A DNA stretch of 53,378 bases, taken from contig CAYIOW010000001.1 in assembly GCA_964365275.1 (NCBI GenBank), forward strand, positions 1 through 53,378, given 5' to 3'. Origin of the DNA: an uncultured Gammaproteobacteria bacterium. Lineage in GTDB: Bacteria > Patescibacteriota > Patescibacteriia > UBA9934 > UBA11717. The notes under the pieces are model-generated. The model saw only the letters and a program-made list of their open reading frames with translations, did no database searches and was not told the origin of the DNA. Positions within the stretch are counted from its first letter, which is position 1. Each line of letters starts with the position of its first letter. Of this stretch, positions 50,840 through 53,378 are shown one piece after another. A program made the position numbers and the translations under genes.

Positions 50840-50874
50840 CACTTCTTCTGCACCTCAACGGCAAAGGAGAAACG

Positions 50875-51183
50875 ATGCCCGAACCAATAAGTTGGTTCTA
50901 CGCTTCGCTCGGCGCAATCGTGGGACTGAATGTCGCGTATATTTGTGGCAAGGCAATCGCGCTCGGCGCATACGCGCGGTGGGTAAAGCGAAGGGCCGAA
51001 AACGAAGTGGCGCTGGCCAAACTTCCCGAAGAACAAGCGCAACGACTGCTCGCGTTCTACGGGTGGATGTCGGTCTTCGTCTTCGTGATGGTTCTACCTC
51101 TGCCGTTCCTGCCACTCTACGAAAAACGGCTCCGCGACGAACTGCTCCGCATCCGCAAGCTCCGACCTTCTGCACCGCCCTAG
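50875..51183 (+). CDS. hypothetical small membrane protein, cassette ORF D (102 aa, 2 TM)
   Basis: AAAGGAGA lies 5 nt upstream of the ATG. TM segments are WFYASLGAIVGLNVAYICG and WMSVFVFVMVLPLPFL. Confidence 0.55.
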   Translation: MPEPISWFYASLGAIVGLNVAYICGKAIALGAYARWVKRRAENEVALAKLPEEQAQRLLAFYGWMSVFVFVMVLPLPFLPLYEKRLRDELLRIRKLRPSAPP

Positions 51184-51246
51184 TCCGACTGACAAGGGCG
51201 ATTATTTTTGACTGCTTTGGAAAAAAATGACACACTGCCCGCGTAT

Positions 51247-51320
51247 TCGGGGATCGTCTAATGGTAGGACAGCGGCCTTTGAAGCCGTGAATCGGGGTTC
51301 GAATCCCTGTCCCCGAACCA
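51247..51320 (+). tRNA. tRNA-Gln (anticodon TTG), CCA encoded
   Basis: Folded by hand. Acceptor stem is TCGGGGA/TCCCCGA and D stem is GTCT/GGAC. Anticodon stem is GCGGC/GCCGT with loop CT-TTG-AA. T arm is CGGGG-TTCGAAT-CCCTG, discriminator A, then CCA. Confidence 0.92.
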
Positions 51321-51323
51321 AAA

Positions 51324-51357
51324 CAGAAAATCCAACCGAGGTTGGATTTTCTGTTTT
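51324..51357 (+). terminator. rho-independent terminator after tRNA-Gln
   Basis: CAGAAAATCCAACC-GAG-GGTTGGATTTTCTG followed by TTTT. Confidence 0.75.
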
Positions 51358-51486
51358 GGTTCTAGCTAAACGCCAACTGCTTGGCGTTTAGCGGGGATTC
51401 GAACGGCGGAGCGATGTGGCTCCCCAGAGCCACCGCGAGCCGGTGGCCAGCCCTTGTCGCGCGACTGGCGCGACAAGAGGCGAGGC

Positions 51487-51503
51487 CGAATCCCTGTCCC
51501 CGA
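51487..51503 (+). repeat. 17-nt direct duplicate of the tRNA-Gln 3' end (att-like scar)
   Basis: CGAATCCCTGTCCCCGA is identical to tRNA positions 51300-51316 and lies 170 nt downstream of the tRNA. Confidence 0.85.
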
Positions 51504-51610
51504 TTCGTAGGACGGAGCGTTGTCGCATTCCAGCGCGACCGCGAGTCAAGCCAGAGGCGAATTGAGCAACATTTCAACTTCGTTTTATGAATGCGCCAAA
51601 CGAACCGCTT

Positions 51611-52531
51611 TTATTTTTTCAAATATCGGCTCATCGCAAAAAAAGAAAACAATGTTGAAAGAACGGAAAGCAACCCAAGTTGCCACAAAAACATCAAAAT
51701 TCCGTTTGAGTTATAGTACGAGATTAAACCGACATCCAGTCCGTCAAAAAACGAAACAAGCGGCGGTTCAATAACACGAACGGACGGGTACACGATTGCC
51801 GCGGTGATTATCAACGCGAACAGCCCGAACAATATCGCTTCAATCACGAAAGGCAGACGAATGAATCCGTTGCTCGCCCCGACCAGCCGCATTATTCCGA
51901 TTTCTTCACGATGCGTATAGATTGCAAGGCGAATCGCGTTGAAGACAATAAGCGCCGCTATCACAAGCAAAATGCCGGCAAATACGGCAACGGCGATTTG
52001 AGCATTGTTCGTATAACGGTTGATATTTTCAAGTATTCCTTCAAAGTCCGAAAAATCCGTTTTCTTTACGAACGAACCGAAGGTCGGATTGTCCACGGCT
52101 TCAAGAATGAAATCAAAATCCCGCGGACTTTTTGCGCTCACAACGAGAGAGCCGCTGAACGGATTGGTTTCTATTACATTCAGGGACTCCAGTATCTCAT
52201 CATCTGCTTTGTGCCTGTTCACGAACCGCTCTCTCGCCTCTTCCGCGCTCACATATTTAACTTCTGAAACTTGCGACAGTCCGACAAGATAATCGCGCGC
52301 GCCGAATACAATGTCATCAGCCGTTCCTTTCTTGAAATACACCGATACATCTATCCTTTCTTCAACTCCGCGGATTGCCGCATTCGTAAGCACGCGCAAA
52401 ACAATGAGAGTGTGAACCGACAAAAGCGCGAGAGCAAAAACAAGCACGGTGGCTATTGAAAGCCAAACATTCCTTTTTATATTTTGCAGAGCAAAAGCGA
52501 AGGCCCGTGCGAATGAGCGATGTGTTTTCAT
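51611..52531 (-). CDS. ftsX: cell-division ABC transporter permease-like protein FtsX
   Basis: 306 aa with 4 TM helices and a large extracytoplasmic loop after TM1. Overlaps ftsE by 4 nt. Confidence 0.8.
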   Translation of the reverse strand: MKTHRSFARAFAFALQNIKRNVWLSIATVLVFALALLSVHTLIVLRVLTNAAIRGVEERIDVSVYFKKGTADDIVFGARDYLVGLSQVSEVKYVSAEEARERFVNRHKADDEILESLNVIETNPFSGSLVVSAKSPRDFDFILEAVDNPTFGSFVKKTDFSDFEGILENINRYTNNAQIAVAVFAGILLVIAALIVFNAIRLAIYTHREEIGIMRLVGASNGFIRLPFVIEAILFGLFALIITAAIVYPSVRVIEPPLVSFFDGLDVGLISYYNSNGILMFLWQLGLLSVLSTLFSFFAMSRYLKK

Positions 52532-53208
52532 ACCAGAGCGTATTTTCCGATATGGTCCATAGCGATTTGCCCGTCTTTCAGAACAACGACGCGGCGATGT
52601 AAATGGTCAACAATGTCTTTGTCGTGCGTAACCAAAAGCACAGTAGTGCCAAAGCCGTTTATTTTTTGAAGCAGTTCAACTATCTCATGCGCGGTGATAG
52701 TGTCCAAATTTCCGGTTGGCTCATCGGCAATAAGTATTTTCGGTCCATGCACCAAAGCCCGCGCTATTGCCACCCTTTGCTGTTCGCCTCCGGAAAGTTG
52801 TATCGGAAACCTGTGTTCCTTGCCTCCCAGCCCGACAATTGAAAGAACCCGCGGAACAACATCGCGGATTTTTGATTTCGGCTCGCCTGACACTTCAAGC
52901 GCGAAGGCGACATTTTCAGCAACCGTTTTTCTCGGAAGCAGTTTGAAATCCTGATACACAACGCCTATCTGTCTTCTCAAATACGGAACCTGCGAAGCGT
53001 GCAGATTTGTAATATCCCAGCCGCCCACGACAACTTTCCCGTGTGTCGGCGCTTCTTCGGCTATCAAAAGTTTGACTAGCGTCGTCTTACCGGTTCCGCT
53101 CTGTCCCACTATTGACACAAACTCTCCGGGCGGCACATGCAAATCTATTCCGCGAAGAGCGTGCACATCCGGCGCGAAACTTTTATGCACCTTGTGAAGA
53201 CGAATCAT
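52528..53208 (-). CDS. ftsE: cell-division ATP-binding protein FtsE
   Basis: Has Walker A GQSGTGKTT, the ABC signature LSGGEQQR and Walker B ILIADEPT. Confidence 0.9.
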   Translation of the reverse strand: MIRLHKVHKSFAPDVHALRGIDLHVPPGEFVSIVGQSGTGKTTLVKLLIAEEAPTHGKVVVGGWDITNLHASQVPYLRRQIGVVYQDFKLLPRKTVAENVAFALEVSGEPKSKIRDVVPRVLSIVGLGGKEHRFPIQLSGGEQQRVAIARALVHGPKILIADEPTGNLDTITAHEIVELLQKINGFGTTVLLVTHDKDIVDHLHRRVVVLKDGQIAMDHIGKYALV

Positions 53209-53307
53209 TGCCTATTGATGAATTGAATGACTTCCGTTACACTGTCGCCTGCCAGTATAACACAAACTAGAGCCAGCATTCAGATTGAATCAGGACTTTC
53301 TATTTTG

Positions 53308-53378
53308 GCCACTTTAGCTCAGCTGGTAGAGCAATGCTTTCGTAAAGCAGAGGTCCCGGGTTCGAATCCCGGAAGTGG
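53308..53378 (+). tRNA. tRNA-Thr (anticodon CGT), truncated at the window end
   Basis: The 5' acceptor strand is GCCACTT and the D arm is GCTC-AGCTGGTA-GAGC. The anticodon loop is TT-CGT-AA and the T arm is CCGGG-TTCGAAT-CCCGG. The 3' acceptor strand AAGTGG lacks its last base or bases. Confidence 0.85.

Noticed and set aside
50148-51235. Alternative ORFs in the cassette: 50276-50842 (-), 50148-50480 (-), 50176-50496 (-), 50625-51230 (+), 50704-51042 (-) and 50855-51235 (-)
   Set aside because: They are high-GC shadow frames, very Arg/Ala/Pro-rich, with no SD. The chosen frames each have a GGAGG SD at canonical spacing and fit the promoter and terminator layout.
51361-51600. tmRNA, a second tRNA or SRP RNA in the structured GC-rich spacer
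   Set aside because: The T-arm-like fragment (CCGCC-GTTCGAAT-CCCCG on the minus strand) does not form a 5-bp T stem. No acceptor pairing, tag reading frame or SRP domain-IV motif could be found by eye. The region is also too short for tmRNA. I report it only as unclassified structure.
51362-51774. ORFs 51362-51577 (-), 51381-51590 (+) and 51520-51774 (+)
   Set aside because: They lie in the hairpin-rich spacer or antisense to the ftsX 3' end. They have no SD, and their composition is low-complexity and Arg-rich.

Overview
This 53.4-kb window comes from a compact, mostly housekeeping bacterial chromosome. Hand counts of 60-70 nt samples give about 40-47% GC in core genes. The gene content and style resemble a streamlined Patescibacteria/CPR-like genome, but I cannot verify that. 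I found no rRNA, CRISPR array, transposase, integrase or reverse transcriptase.

Recognisable genes:
- Copper homeostasis locus: csoR-copZ-copA, plus a convergent HMA/DsbD_2/cupredoxin membrane protein.
- Translation and RNA: rpmG (missing from the ORF track), typA, hpf, rplU, tgt, tRNA-Gln(TTG), and a window-truncated tRNA-Thr(CGT).
- Secretion: secD-secF and secA.
- Cell wall and division: murB-murC, mraZ-rsmH-ftsL-like, ftsE-ftsX, and a WecA-like GT4 transferase.
- Replication and repair: dnaB, ybaB-recR.
- Other: a LOG-family protein, htrA, NUDIX, glyA-folD, and a membrane-anchored Clp/Hsp100 ATPase.

Observations that the gene list does not explain:
1. Two compositionally foreign, GC-rich islets. 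One carries a single lipoprotein gene (15.56-16.69 kb). The other is a four-gene orphan cassette with its own promoters and terminators (49.04-51.24 kb). It abuts tRNA-Gln, which is followed by a 17-nt duplicate of the tRNA 3' end and a highly structured GC-rich spacer.
2. At least three dispersed palindromic repeat families:
   - A 35-nt palindrome made of two perfect DnaA-box 9-mers. I count 8 perfect 9-mers in the window against about 0.4 expected.
   - A promoter-proximal CACTTTTTT...AAAAAAGTG palindrome.
   - A CCTCCCCTATTTAGGGGAGG element that brackets dnaB.
3. A perfect 342-bp tandem duplication of the promoter and 5' end of a secreted-protein gene.
4. Unusual protein architectures:
   - SecD with a histidine-less parvulin-like insertion.
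   - Tgt lacking all four zinc ligands.
   - A Clp ATPase with N-terminal TM helices and a degenerate D1 module.

Every call comes from reading the sequence and the ORF translations. No database search was run.
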